Shown here in pieces: positions 1 to 9,555 of a stretch of DNA of 64,000 nt. Made by a program: the position numbers and the translations under genes. The first letter of the stretch is position 1, and each line of letters opens with the position of its first letter. Under the pieces are notes generated by a model. It was not told where the DNA came from and made no database searches. It saw only the letters and a list, made by a program, of their open reading frames with translations. Source of the stretch: Candidatus Latescibacterota bacterium (lineage in GTDB: Bacteria > Latescibacterota > UBA2968 > GCA-2709665); NCBI GenBank assembly GCA_965203805.1, contig OZ241917.1, positions 640,001 to 704,000 on the forward strand, read 5' to 3'.

Positions 1-939
1 CCGTTCACGGACCGAATGGATTACCTGGCGGCGATGAACAACAACCTGGGGTACGTGCTGGCGGTCGAGAAACTCCTGGGGCTCGATATTCCGGAGCGCG
101 TGGAGTACATCCGGGTCATCATGTGTGAGTTGAACCGGATTGCGAGCCATCTGGTTTCGTTCGGGACCTATGGAATGGATATCGGGGCGTTTACGCCCTT
201 TTTGTTTGCCTTCCGCGAACGGGAGGATATCTTCGACCTGTTTGAGATGACGTGCGGTGCCCGGATGTTGTACAACTACATCTGGGTGGGCGGGGTCTCT
301 CACGATCTGCCGCCGGGATTCGTGGAGCGCTGCCGGAACTTCCTGGCCGCATTCGAAGGGAAACTCAAAGAGTATAACGACCTGCTGACGTACAATAAGA
401 TCTTCATTGAACGCACGGCCAACGTCGGCGTGCTTTCGCTGGAGTCGGCGTACAGCCACAACATTACCGGCCCCAATCTTCGGGGGTGTGGAGTGAAGTG
501 GGACCTGCGCCGCGACGAACCTTATTCCATATACGACCGGTTTGAGTTCGACGTGCCCTGCGGCGGAGGGGAGATGGGGACCCTGGGGGATTGCTGGGAC
601 CGGTACATGGTGCGGATTCGCGAAATGGAACAAAGCGCGGGGATCGTATCCCAGGCGCTCGATCAGTTGCCCGAGGGCGGCGACGTACAGGCGGCGGTCC
701 CCAGGAACGTCCGCCCTCCCAAAAACGCCGAGTGTTACGTGCGCAGCGAGAACCCCCGGGGCGAACTGGGGGTTTACGTGATCAGCGACGGATCGAACGT
801 GCCGTACCGGGTACGGGTGAAGTCGCCCTGCTTTACGGTGATGAGTGTTTTTGATGAACTTGCCCGGGGCCATTATCTGGCGGACATTATCGCCATTATC
901 GGAAGCATCGATATCGTACTGGGTGAGATCGACCGTTAG
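1..939 (+). CDS. nuoD: NADH-quinone oxidoreductase subunit D (5'-truncated by window edge)
   Basis: Frame open from base 1 (PFTDRMDYLAAM); motifs ELNRIASHL, GDCWDRY, ENPRGELG and C-terminal DIVLGEIDR. Confidence 0.96.
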   Translation, partial: PFTDRMDYLAAMNNNLGYVLAVEKLLGLDIPERVEYIRVIMCELNRIASHLVSFGTYGMDIGAFTPFLFAFREREDIFDLFEMTCGARMLYNYIWVGGVSHDLPPGFVERCRNFLAAFEGKLKEYNDLLTYNKIFIERTANVGVLSLESAYSHNITGPNLRGCGVKWDLRRDEPYSIYDRFEFDVPCGGGEMGTLGDCWDRYMVRIREMEQSAGIVSQALDQLPEGGDVQAAVPRNVRPPKNAECYVRSENPRGELGVYVISDGSNVPYRVRVKSPCFTVMSVFDELARGHYLADIIAIIGSIDIVLGEIDR

Positions 940-948
940 GATTGCCTT

Positions 949-2121
949 ATGCTCGAATTAGCGGCGGCTCTCGTAGACGAGGTGGGATTCTTGAGCGCGG
1001 TGCCGATCGGCCTGCTGTCCGTTGCGCTGGGGCTGCTCGCCGGGATCGTCGTCGTAACGCTCGTCGCCGTTCTGGGCCTGATCATGGTTTATATGGAAAT
1101 GAAGATTTCCGCCCACATCCAGGACCGTCTTGGGCCGATGCGAACCGGGGGTTGGCACGGCTGGGCCCAGCCGATTGCCGATGGCGTCAAACTGCTGCTG
1201 AAGGAGGACATCATACCTGCAGCCGCGGACAAACCCCTGTTCATTCTGGCCCCCCTTCTCGTCTTTTCCGGAACCCTGGCGATCTTCGTGTGTATTCCTT
1301 TCGGCGGCAGCCTTATCGTGAGCGATCTCAACATCGGGATCTTCTATATTCTCGCCATTTCGTCGCTTGGCGTGCTCGGCATTCTCATGGCGGGATGGGC
1401 GTCCAACAACAAGTGGTCTCTGCTCGGCGCGATGCGCTCTGCGGCGCAGGTCGTCAGCTACGAAATTCCCGTGGCCATGGCGTTTCTGAGTGTGATCCCG
1501 CTTGTGGGCACTCTGAGCACGCAGGAACTGGTCGCGGCGCAGTCCGGATCGATATATCACTGGCTCGTTTTTCGCAATCCCTTTACGTTCCTCGCGTTCA
1601 TTCTTTACTTCATCGCCTCGCTTGCAGAGGTCAACCGGACGCCGTTCGATATCCCCGAAGCCGAATCCGAACTGGTTGCGGGGTACCACACCGAATACAG
1701 CGGTATGCGGTTCTCGTTCTTTTTCGTGGCGGAATACGCGGCGATGGTTGCCGTGGGCATGGTCGGGGCGGTCGTGTTTCTGGGCGGCTGGCAGGCGCCG
1801 TGGGGCGGCTCATTCCCGGCCGGTCCCATATGGATGATCGGAAAGGGACTGTTGCTGGTCGCGGTGCAGATGTGGATACGCTGGACCCTTCCGCGGCTGC
1901 GCGTCGACCAGTTGATGTTCGTGGGCTGGAAGGTGCTCACGCCGGCCGCGTTTCTGTGCTTTCTGGGGTCGGTCGCCTGGCACTTTGCCGCTCCGGAGTG
2001 GCTGCAGGAACTCGCCAAGGTAGGACTGATGGGCGTGATGGCGGTCGTTCTCGCTTTCCTCTTGCGTTCAGCCGCCCAGGGACTGATGCAGGGGCGGACG
2101 CAGCGCGCCCACACGGCATAA
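949..2121 (+). CDS. nuoH: NADH-quinone oxidoreductase subunit H
   Basis: QDRLGP, QPIADGVKLLLKED, NRTPFDIPEAESELVAGYHTEYSG; polytopic membrane protein. Confidence 0.97.
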   Translation: MLELAAALVDEVGFLSAVPIGLLSVALGLLAGIVVVTLVAVLGLIMVYMEMKISAHIQDRLGPMRTGGWHGWAQPIADGVKLLLKEDIIPAAADKPLFILAPLLVFSGTLAIFVCIPFGGSLIVSDLNIGIFYILAISSLGVLGILMAGWASNNKWSLLGAMRSAAQVVSYEIPVAMAFLSVIPLVGTLSTQELVAAQSGSIYHWLVFRNPFTFLAFILYFIASLAEVNRTPFDIPEAESELVAGYHTEYSGMRFSFFFVAEYAAMVAVGMVGAVVFLGGWQAPWGGSFPAGPIWMIGKGLLLVAVQMWIRWTLPRLRVDQLMFVGWKVLTPAAFLCFLGSVAWHFAAPEWLQELAKVGLMGVMAVVLAFLLRSAAQGLMQGRTQRAHTA

Positions 2122-2182
2122 GAAGTTCGGCGCGTTGGTCCACATTCAGGATCTTACGGACTCCTCCTTCATAGGTGACGCA

Positions 2183-2668
2183 ATGGCATCGTATTTCAGG
2201 AATCTCTATCAGTCGGCTGCTTCCATCTGGACAGGCTTGAATATCACGTTAAAGCATCTGTTCACGCCGTCGATAACGCTGGAGTACCCGGACGAGCGCT
2301 GGCAGATGCCGGAACGGTCGCGGAACCAGTTGTTCAACGATATCGACGATTGCATCGGCTGCGATCAGTGCGCAAGGGCATGTCCGGTGGACTGCATCTA
2401 CATCGAGTGTGAAAAAGCAGGTCCTGACGAGGATCTCGGCCTGACGTCCAAGGGGACCAAGAAGCGGCTGAAGGTTCTCCGTTTCGACATCGACATGGGG
2501 CTCTGCTGCTATTGCGGCCTCTGTACGTATCCCTGCCCCACTGAATGCCTGATTATGACCCCGAATTACGAGTCGTCCGTTTACGACCGGACGGACCTGG
2601 TCTACCGGTACGCCCGTCCCTGGGACTACGAAAAAGAGCCCGCCGACGCGGAGTCTTCGGATCGCTAG
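2183..2668 (+). CDS. nuoI: NADH-quinone oxidoreductase subunit I (2x[4Fe-4S])
   Basis: CIGCDQCARACP and CCYCGLCTYPCP ferredoxin motifs, TLEYPDE; ATG at 2183 chosen after an AGGTG RBS. Confidence 0.95.
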   Translation: MASYFRNLYQSAASIWTGLNITLKHLFTPSITLEYPDERWQMPERSRNQLFNDIDDCIGCDQCARACPVDCIYIECEKAGPDEDLGLTSKGTKKRLKVLRFDIDMGLCCYCGLCTYPCPTECLIMTPNYESSVYDRTDLVYRYARPWDYEKEPADAESSDR

Positions 2669-2758
2669 CGGAACGCGAAGCGCCGGGAATGCCGGAGCCG
2701 GTCACGGCGCAGTCGGGCAATCGGCAAAAGGCGCGGGACGTCCAGGATTGGTTGACAT

Positions 2759-3280
2759 ATGGAACTTTCGACAATCGTATTCTACCTGTTTGCCGCGGTG
2801 ACCGTCGGGTCGGCGGCCGCGGTCGTGTTCGTAAGCCGTCTGATCTACGCGGTGTTTGCCCTTCTGTTCACGTTTTTCGGTGTCGCCGGTCTGTACGTCT
2901 TTCTCGACGCCGACTTCCTGGCGGGCGCGCAGGTGCTGATTTACGTCGGTGGCATTCTGATTCTGCTGCTCTTCGGCGTGATGTTGACCAACCGGATCTA
3001 CGATCTGAATCTTCTGTCCGAACGGGTGCAGTTTCTGCCCAGCCTGGTTGTCGTCGGCGCTGGATTCGCACTCCTGGTCATGGTGATCATGAAGACGTCA
3101 TGGCCGCTGTCCGAGGGTCCGTCGCCGGCTTCCAGTACAGCGGAAATCGGGAGATCCCTCATGACAACCTACGTCCTTCCGTTCGAGGTGGCCGGCATGC
3201 TGCTGCTGGCGGCCCTGCTCGGCGCATCGATGCTGGCGGGAAGCGGGAAGGGGCAGGAGGAGGATGAGGGGGAGTTATGA
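2759..3280 (+). CDS. nuoJ: NADH-quinone oxidoreductase subunit J
   Basis: AQVLIYVGGILILLLFGVMLT, YVLPFE; operon position. Confidence 0.95.
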   Translation: MELSTIVFYLFAAVTVGSAAAVVFVSRLIYAVFALLFTFFGVAGLYVFLDADFLAGAQVLIYVGGILILLLFGVMLTNRIYDLNLLSERVQFLPSLVVVGAGFALLVMVIMKTSWPLSEGPSPASSTAEIGRSLMTTYVLPFEVAGMLLLAALLGASMLAGSGKGQEEDEGEL

Positions 3281-3582
3281 TTGCGCTGGAGCACTATCTG
3301 GTCGTTGCGGCCATTCTGTTTTGTCTGGGAATTCTGGCCGTTGCCACCCGTCGCAACGCAATCAGCATCCTGATGGGGGTGGAACTCATTCTGAATGCCG
3401 CCAACCTGAATCTCGTCGCGTTCGCGCGGTTCACCGATTCGGGATTCGGGGGTCAGGTATTCGCCGTTTTCGTAATCGTCCTCGCCGCGGCCGAAGCGGC
3501 GGTTGCGCTGGCGATCGTTCTGAATATCTACCGCAATTATCAGATGGTCAACATCGACAGACTGAACTCATTGAGCGGTTGA
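3277..3582 (+). CDS. nuoK: NADH-quinone oxidoreductase subunit K
   Basis: RRNAISILMGVELILNAANLN, AAAEAAVALA. Confidence 0.97.
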   Translation: MIALEHYLVVAAILFCLGILAVATRRNAISILMGVELILNAANLNLVAFARFTDSGFGGQVFAVFVIVLAAAEAAVALAIVLNIYRNYQMVNIDRLNSLSG

Positions 3583-3600
3583 CGTCTCCCGGGGGAGTGA

Positions 3601-5688
3601 ATGCCCTTGAATCTGCTCCTGATTCTGTTGATCCCCGTACTGCCCCTTGCGGCTTTTGCCGTACAGGCGTTCTGGGGGCGGCGCCTTCCCCGCGGGGGCG
3701 ATTGGGTGCCCCTCGCTGCGATTTCCATTTCATTTCTGCTTTCTCTCCGGTACTTCATCCTCGCACTTTCTGCCTACGATCCGGCCTGGCGCCTGGAGTT
3801 CGATTCGTGGGTCTGGCTGGACCTGAGCATCGCGAAGATCGCCGTTGGCCTGCTGGTCGACAATATCACCGCCGTCATGCTGATGGTTGTCACGGTCGTA
3901 AGTGGACTGGTGCACCTCTATTCGGTCGGCTATATGCACGGAGACCCGCGTTATTCTCGGTTTTTCGGGTTCCTGGCCATTTTTTCCTTCTCGATGCTGG
4001 GCCTGGTTCTGGTCGATAATTTCCTGCTGCTCTATGTGTTCTGGGAACTCGTGGGGCTATCATCCTATCTGCTGATCGGCTTCTGGTACGAAAAACCTTC
4101 GGCGGCTGCGGCATGCAAGAAAGCGTTTCTGGTAAACCGCATCGGGGACCTGGGCTTTTTCGTGGGCATCATGATCGTCTTCTGGAAGGTCGGCGCTTTC
4201 GACTATGCAAGTGTCTACGACGGGGTTGCCAGCGGGCGGCTTGGCGGGGGATTGCTTACGGCTGCCGGTCTGTGCCTGTTCTGCGGCGCGGTGGGTAAGT
4301 CGGCGCAGTTTCCACTACACGTCTGGCTGCCCGACGCCATGGAAGGCCCCACGCCCGTCAGCGCCCTGATCCATGCCGCGACCATGGTTGCCGCGGGTGT
4401 GTATATGGTAACGAGGATGTTCCCGATCCTTACGCCGGACGCGCTTTTGGTGATCGCCTACATCGGAGCGATCACGGCGATTCTGGGCGCGACCATCGCC
4501 GTGGCACAGTACGATATCAAACGCGTCCTGGCATATTCGACCATCAGTCAGTTGGGATACATGATCATGGGTCTTGGCGTCGGCGCGTATGTGGCGGGGT
4601 TTTTCCATCTGATGACGCACGCGGCCTTCAAGGCCTGTCTCTTCCTCGGATCGGGCAGCGTCATCCATGCGGTGGAACACGCGTTCCATAAGACACATAA
4701 CGATCTCGACCCGCAGGATATGCGGAACATGGGCGGGTTGCGGGCGAAGATGCCGCTGACTTTCTGGACCTTTCTGATTGCGACCGTGGCCCTGGCCGGT
4801 GTGCCGCTAACCTCCGGTTTTCTCAGCAAAGACGCAATACTGGCCGGAGCGCTGGGATTCGGCGGTTTCTCCCGGCCGGTCCATTTCCTGCTGCCGCTGA
4901 TCGGGTTTGCCGCGGCCGGATTAACGGCCTTTTACATGTTCCGGCTGATTTTCCTCACGTTTTACGGAAAGCCGCGGGAAAAGTCCCTTGTCGAGAACGC
5001 CCACGAATCCCCTGGCGTGATGACGGTTCCGCTGATTGTGCTCGCGGCACTGAGTTTCTGGATCTTCTATGCCTGGAACCCTCTGGGCGGAGAGGGCTGG
5101 TTTCACCACCTCGTCAGGGTGCCTGAAGCCGGGTTGCAAGCAGCCGGAGGCGCACCGTTGCCGGTTGGCGCGGGCGCGGAAGTCTATGCGGCCGGATCGG
5201 GCAACGACGCGGCCGACGCGGCGCACTACCCGGCGATGGTCCTCTCGTTGCTTGTTGCCGCGGCCGGCATCTATACGGCGTATCGCAAGTACTACAACCG
5301 GCGGGAAGAGATGATCGCACTGGAGGCGTCGTCGCTTCAGTCGGGTGGATTCTTCCGAACGCTGAACCGCAAGTGGTATTTCGACGAACTGTACGACGCC
5401 AGCTTTGTCCGGGCGGTCATGGTCGGCCGTACGGTATTGGACTGGTTCGACTCCCGTATTGTAGACGGGCTCGTGAATCTGTCCGCGACGTTTACCCGGG
5501 GCATTTCCTTTATCGATCGCCTGTTTGACGAATGGGTGGTCGACGGCCTCGTGAACGCCGTTGCCGGGGTGATCAGGTGGGCCGGCGGTGGGTTGAGACG
5601 CATTCAGACCGGACGCCTCCAGACCTACGTGGTCCTGGTGATGGGAGGTATTCTGGCGCTGATGGTCATCAGATTGATGGTGTCCTGA
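3601..5688 (+). CDS. nuoL: NADH-quinone oxidoreductase subunit L
   Basis: GKSAQFPLHVWLPDAMEGPTPVSALIHAATMV, HLMTHAAFKACLFL, QTGRLQTY. Confidence 0.97.
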   Translation: MPLNLLLILLIPVLPLAAFAVQAFWGRRLPRGGDWVPLAAISISFLLSLRYFILALSAYDPAWRLEFDSWVWLDLSIAKIAVGLLVDNITAVMLMVVTVVSGLVHLYSVGYMHGDPRYSRFFGFLAIFSFSMLGLVLVDNFLLLYVFWELVGLSSYLLIGFWYEKPSAAAACKKAFLVNRIGDLGFFVGIMIVFWKVGAFDYASVYDGVASGRLGGGLLTAAGLCLFCGAVGKSAQFPLHVWLPDAMEGPTPVSALIHAATMVAAGVYMVTRMFPILTPDALLVIAYIGAITAILGATIAVAQYDIKRVLAYSTISQLGYMIMGLGVGAYVAGFFHLMTHAAFKACLFLGSGSVIHAVEHAFHKTHNDLDPQDMRNMGGLRAKMPLTFWTFLIATVALAGVPLTSGFLSKDAILAGALGFGGFSRPVHFLLPLIGFAAAGLTAFYMFRLIFLTFYGKPREKSLVENAHESPGVMTVPLIVLAALSFWIFYAWNPLGGEGWFHHLVRVPEAGLQAAGGAPLPVGAGAEVYAAGSGNDAADAAHYPAMVLSLLVAAAGIYTAYRKYYNRREEMIALEASSLQSGGFFRTLNRKWYFDELYDASFVRAVMVGRTVLDWFDSRIVDGLVNLSATFTRGISFIDRLFDEWVVDGLVNAVAGVIRWAGGGLRRIQTGRLQTYVVLVMGGILALMVIRLMVS

Positions 5689-5694
5689 CCTGCC

Positions 5695-5834
5695 GTATGG
5701 TGTCCCGGAACAGGTTGCCTGACGTCGGCCGACGAGTCGCCCGACTGGCATTCTCCGTCCCGTCGACAAACTCAATGCAACCGGACTGGATCAACCGGCA
5801 ATCGAATGATGACGTTATTTCGGGGACACGACAC
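5695..5834 (+). mobile_element. MITE-like repeat family A, copy 1 (between nuoL and nuoM)
   Basis: Imperfect terminal inverted repeats GTATGGTGTCCCGGAA / TTCGGGGACACGACAC; left arm TGTCCCGGAACAGGTTGCCTGACGTCGGCCGACGAGTCGCC shared with other copies in the window. Confidence 0.75.
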
Positions 5835-5919
5835 TTGCTGCCTGCGGTACGCGCCACTGGCGGGCCTGCGAGCCGTCCGCCGTGTGCCGTGAGATTTCGA
5901 AGAGGGAGGTAGCCGACAG

Positions 5920-7497
5920 ATGGCTCAATGGATTCTGACACTGTTGACGTTTGTTCCCGTGCTCGGGGCCGTGGTGATTCTACTCCTGCCCGGAAAGTCG
6001 GTGGATGCGATTCGCCGGGTCGCGCTGGCTGCGACGGGGCTCTGTCTTCTGATGGCGGTCTGGCTGTACCAGGATTTCGATCGGTCCGTGCCCGATATGC
6101 AATACGAAGTGCGGCTGAACTGGATCGAGTCGTTCAATATCCAGTATTATATGGGCATCGACGGCCTGAGCGTCTCGATGGTGCTGTTGACGGCGCTGTT
6201 GGGCTTCCTTTGCGTACCCGCATCCTGGAACATCCAACGGGGGGTAAAGGGATATTTCGCACTGTTTCTGCTGCTCGAGACCGGCATGCAGGGTGTATTC
6301 GTGTCGCTCGATTTCTTTCTGTTCTACGTGTTCTGGGAAGTGATGCTGCTGCCGATGTATTTCCTGATCGGGATCTGGGGAGGCCCTCGGAAGGAATACG
6401 CGGCCATCAAGTTCTTCCTCTATACACTGGCGGGCAGCGTCCTGCTATTGCTGGTGATGCTCGCGTTCTACTTCAATGTCACAGATCCCGATACGGGGAA
6501 ACATACGTTCAATATGCTGGTGATGATGGACCAGGCGAACCACTCGGAGTGGCTGCGGGCCGGAATGATCTTCGGGTATTCGGCTCCGGTGATGATCTGG
6601 TTTGCCATGTTCATCGGCTTTGCCATAAAGGTGCCGCTGTTCCCGTTCCACACCTGGCTTCCCGACGCCCATGTCGAAGCGCCGACGGCCATCAGCGTGA
6701 TTCTGGCGGGCGTGCTCCTGAAAATGGGCACGTACGGCATTCTGAGGTTCAACTATCCGATGTTGCCGGACGTGACCCGTGACTTCAGCTATTTTCTGGC
6801 CGTGATCGGGGTCATCAACATCATCTACGGCGCGCTCGTCGCATTGGCGCAATCGGATCTGAAAAAGCTCGTGGCGTACTCGAGCATCAGTCATATGGGG
6901 TTCGTGATGCTCGGTATGTCCTCGTTTACGCCCCACGGAATCAACGGTGCGGTCTTCCAGATGTTCAACCACGGCACGATTACGGCAATGTTGTTTCTGC
7001 TGGTGGGCGTCATATACGACCGTGCGCACCACCGGTATATCGTGTATCCCAATGATTACGAAGATCCGGATTTACGCGGAAAACTGGGATTCGGCGGGCT
7101 GTGGTCGCATATGCCGGTATATGGCAGTCTGACGATGGTGGCGTACTTCGCCGCGCTGGGATTGCCGGGCCTTTCGGGATTTATCAGCGAAGCGCTCTGT
7201 TTCCTGGGTGCATTCCAGGTCCATCGCACCATGACCATCCTGGGCACGCTCGGGGTACTTCTGGGCGCGGCGTACATGCTCTGGGCCTTTCAAAGACTGT
7301 TCATGGGGCCGTTTAACGAACGGTGGAAGGACCTGCCAGAGATCAACGGCCGCGAGATTTTCAGCCTGGCGCCGCTGGCGGTCATTGTCATTGTGCTGGG
7401 CATCTATCCCGCACCGGTTCTCGACCTTCTCGCCCAGTCTCTGGGAGAGCTCGTAAAGGACCTGAACGGACCGGTGATGTCCGTGTTGCAGCAATAG
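5920..7497 (+). CDS. nuoM: NADH-quinone oxidoreductase subunit M
   Basis: FAIKVPLFPFHTWLPDAHVEAPT, LAGVLLKMGTYG, KKLVAYSSISHMG. Confidence 0.97.
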   Translation: MAQWILTLLTFVPVLGAVVILLLPGKSVDAIRRVALAATGLCLLMAVWLYQDFDRSVPDMQYEVRLNWIESFNIQYYMGIDGLSVSMVLLTALLGFLCVPASWNIQRGVKGYFALFLLLETGMQGVFVSLDFFLFYVFWEVMLLPMYFLIGIWGGPRKEYAAIKFFLYTLAGSVLLLLVMLAFYFNVTDPDTGKHTFNMLVMMDQANHSEWLRAGMIFGYSAPVMIWFAMFIGFAIKVPLFPFHTWLPDAHVEAPTAISVILAGVLLKMGTYGILRFNYPMLPDVTRDFSYFLAVIGVINIIYGALVALAQSDLKKLVAYSSISHMGFVMLGMSSFTPHGINGAVFQMFNHGTITAMLFLLVGVIYDRAHHRYIVYPNDYEDPDLRGKLGFGGLWSHMPVYGSLTMVAYFAALGLPGLSGFISEALCFLGAFQVHRTMTILGTLGVLLGAAYMLWAFQRLFMGPFNERWKDLPEINGREIFSLAPLAVIVIVLGIYPAPVLDLLAQSLGELVKDLNGPVMSVLQQ

Positions 7498-7570
7498 TCG
7501 ATTAAGAGGGATTCCGATTTTCTGAGCGTCAGCGCGGTACGGGCTCGACGCAGACCGGAGGTACGACCTT

Positions 7571-9100
7571 TTGGCCGAGGCCATCGAAAACGCGATTGCA
7601 GTGAATCTGGACGGCCTGCAATACATCTGGCCGGAGATCATCGTCACGTTCGCGATTATCGGCATTGTGACCGTCGATCTGGTCCTGACCGGAAAGAAGA
7701 AGGCAGTGTTGACGGGGCTTTCGCTCCTTGTGCTCGTGGTCTGCCTGTTTTCGATCGCGGGGTTGTACGACGAGGCGCCCAGGTCGCTGTTCATGGGCAT
7801 GATCGCACTGGATGGCTTCGCCCTGTTCTTCAAGCTGCTGATTGTGGTCACAACGATCGTGGTCACGCTGTTTGGACTGCAGTCGCGCGACATCGACGCC
7901 GATCGAATCGGTGAATTCTACGCGCTCTTTCTCTCTGTTGCGCTGGGCGGCTTTCTGATGGCCGGCGCCACAAATCTGCTGATGATGTATCTGGCGCTCG
8001 AACTGGTCAGTCTGCCGTCGTACGTGCTGGCCGGCTATCAGAAGCAGGTCCGGCGATCCAACGAGGCAGCGCTGAAATACGTGGTGTACGGCGGGGTGTC
8101 GTCCGGCATCATGCTATACGGATTCTCATTGATCTACGGATTGACGGGCACGCTGGACATCTATGGAATCGCGGCTCGACTGGGCACCACCGCGCCGTAT
8201 GAACTGACGCTGTTTCTCGGCGCGACGCTCGCGATGGCGGGGTTTGGGTACAAGGTGGCTTCGGTTCCATTTCATTTCTGGTGTCCGGACGTCTACGAGG
8301 GCGCGCCCACACCCGTGACGGCGTTTTTCTCGGTTGCGCCGAAGGCGGTCGGTTTCGCCATGCTGGCACGGTTCTTTTACGTGGGTCTGTCCGCTTACGA
8401 TGGCGCTTCCGGCACCGGCGCCGCGTTGGGCGTGGCCTGGCCGCAGTTGCTCGCCCTTATTTCCGCATTTACGATGACACTGGGCAATCTGACGGCCATC
8501 TGGCAGCGAAACCTGAAGAGACTGCTGGCGTACTCGAGTATCGCCCACGCGGGTTATATGATGATGGGCGTAGTGATGCTTTCGTCGGCAGGTCTGAAAG
8601 CCGTGATGTTTTACGCGGGCGCCTATCTGTTTATGAATCTCGGTGCGTTTCTGGTCGTTCTGCTGTTGGCCGAAAAAACCGGCAGCGAAGACATCGACGA
8701 TTACAGGGGGCTCGGCTGGCGGTCGCCCTGGATTGCGCTGACGATGTCCGCGTTTCTCTTTTCGCTCACGGGATTGCCGCCGACGGCGGGATTTGTTGGA
8801 AAGGTGTATCTGTTTGCCGCCGTGGTTGATGGCGGGCTCTATTGGTTGGCGGTGGTGGGGGCGCTGAACAGCGCCGTTTCCCTGTATTATTATGCAAGGG
8901 TCGTGCGCGCCATGTACCTGGAGAAGCCTCTTTCCGACACGCCGGTTGTGATATCTCCGTTCGCCACGGGGACCCTGGCGGTATTATTTGTCGGTACGCT
9001 TCTGTTCGGTGTGTACTGGGCGCCGCTGGCCGACTTGGCCGAAACGTCTACGGCGATCTTTCTGAACGGTAGTGACGCAGTGCAGGCGATGGTCCGGTAA
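7571..9100 (+). CDS. nuoN: NADH-quinone oxidoreductase subunit N
   Basis: EAALKY, FHFWCPDVYEGAPTPV, KRLLAYSSIAHAGY; TTG start after a GGAGG RBS. Confidence 0.96.
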   Translation: MAEAIENAIAVNLDGLQYIWPEIIVTFAIIGIVTVDLVLTGKKKAVLTGLSLLVLVVCLFSIAGLYDEAPRSLFMGMIALDGFALFFKLLIVVTTIVVTLFGLQSRDIDADRIGEFYALFLSVALGGFLMAGATNLLMMYLALELVSLPSYVLAGYQKQVRRSNEAALKYVVYGGVSSGIMLYGFSLIYGLTGTLDIYGIAARLGTTAPYELTLFLGATLAMAGFGYKVASVPFHFWCPDVYEGAPTPVTAFFSVAPKAVGFAMLARFFYVGLSAYDGASGTGAALGVAWPQLLALISAFTMTLGNLTAIWQRNLKRLLAYSSIAHAGYMMMGVVMLSSAGLKAVMFYAGAYLFMNLGAFLVVLLLAEKTGSEDIDDYRGLGWRSPWIALTMSAFLFSLTGLPPTAGFVGKVYLFAAVVDGGLYWLAVVGALNSAVSLYYYARVVRAMYLEKPLSDTPVVISPFATGTLAVLFVGTLLFGVYWAPLADLAETSTAIFLNGSDAVQAMVR

Positions 9101-9186
9101 GCGCGCGGCACTGGCGGTCCATACCACTGCGCGCAGCATCTCTTGAGACCCCGAAAGGCAGATGCCTTTACAGATCTGGCAAACTG

Positions 9187-9220
9187 AAGGCCCCGCGATA
9201 TTGTCTCGCGGGGCCTTTTT
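9187..9220 (+). terminator. Rho-independent terminator of the nuo operon
   Basis: AAGGCCCCGCGA-loop-TCGCGGGGCCTT hairpin followed by a T run. Confidence 0.85.
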
Positions 9221-9228
9221 CTGAACTG

Positions 9229-9542
9229 GTGTCATGTCCCAAAACACCTCACCATTCGGCCGCCTGCCTGCGCAGTGCCCTGCCTGCCTGTGCGTGTACG
9301 CACGCCTGCCTGCGCAGTGCCCTGCGCAGTGCCCTGCGCTGCAGGCAGGCAGACAGGCGCTGCAGGCAGGCCGATTCATCCCGTCGCTCGACGTTGCTTG
9401 TGCTGGGCTTGTCGCAGTGCCATCGCTCGCCGACCTTGCCCACGTCGCCTGTGCTCTGGCGCCGGGTCCGGAGCCTCTCGAAGGATGCGAGCCAGGCGAC
9501 TCGACGGCCGAATTCAGGCAACTAATTTCCGGGACAGAATAC
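9229..9542 (-). mobile_element. MITE-like repeat family A, copy 2, carrying nested palindromic insertions
   Basis: Ends GTGTCATGTCCCAAAA and TTTCCGGGACAGAATAC; reverse complement aligns with copies at 30244 and 37396. Confidence 0.8.
9263..9370. repeat. Three nested CCTGCCTG...CAG(G/A)CAGG palindromic mini-elements (33+30+45 nt)
   Basis: Parses as outer 9263-9282+9358-9370, middle 9283-9304+9350-9357, inner 9305-9349; removing them restores the sequence seen in the copy near 37526. Confidence 0.85.
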
Positions 9543-9555
9543 TGGGATACACTGT

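Noticed and set aside
9101-9186. Two hairpins between nuoN and its terminator as an ncRNA or riboswitch
   Set aside because: GC-rich stems are present but match no family I can recognise; an Rfam scan would be needed.
9263-9370. CRISPR array
   Set aside because: The repeats are nested inverted units with no regular repeat-spacer period, and there are no cas genes in the window.
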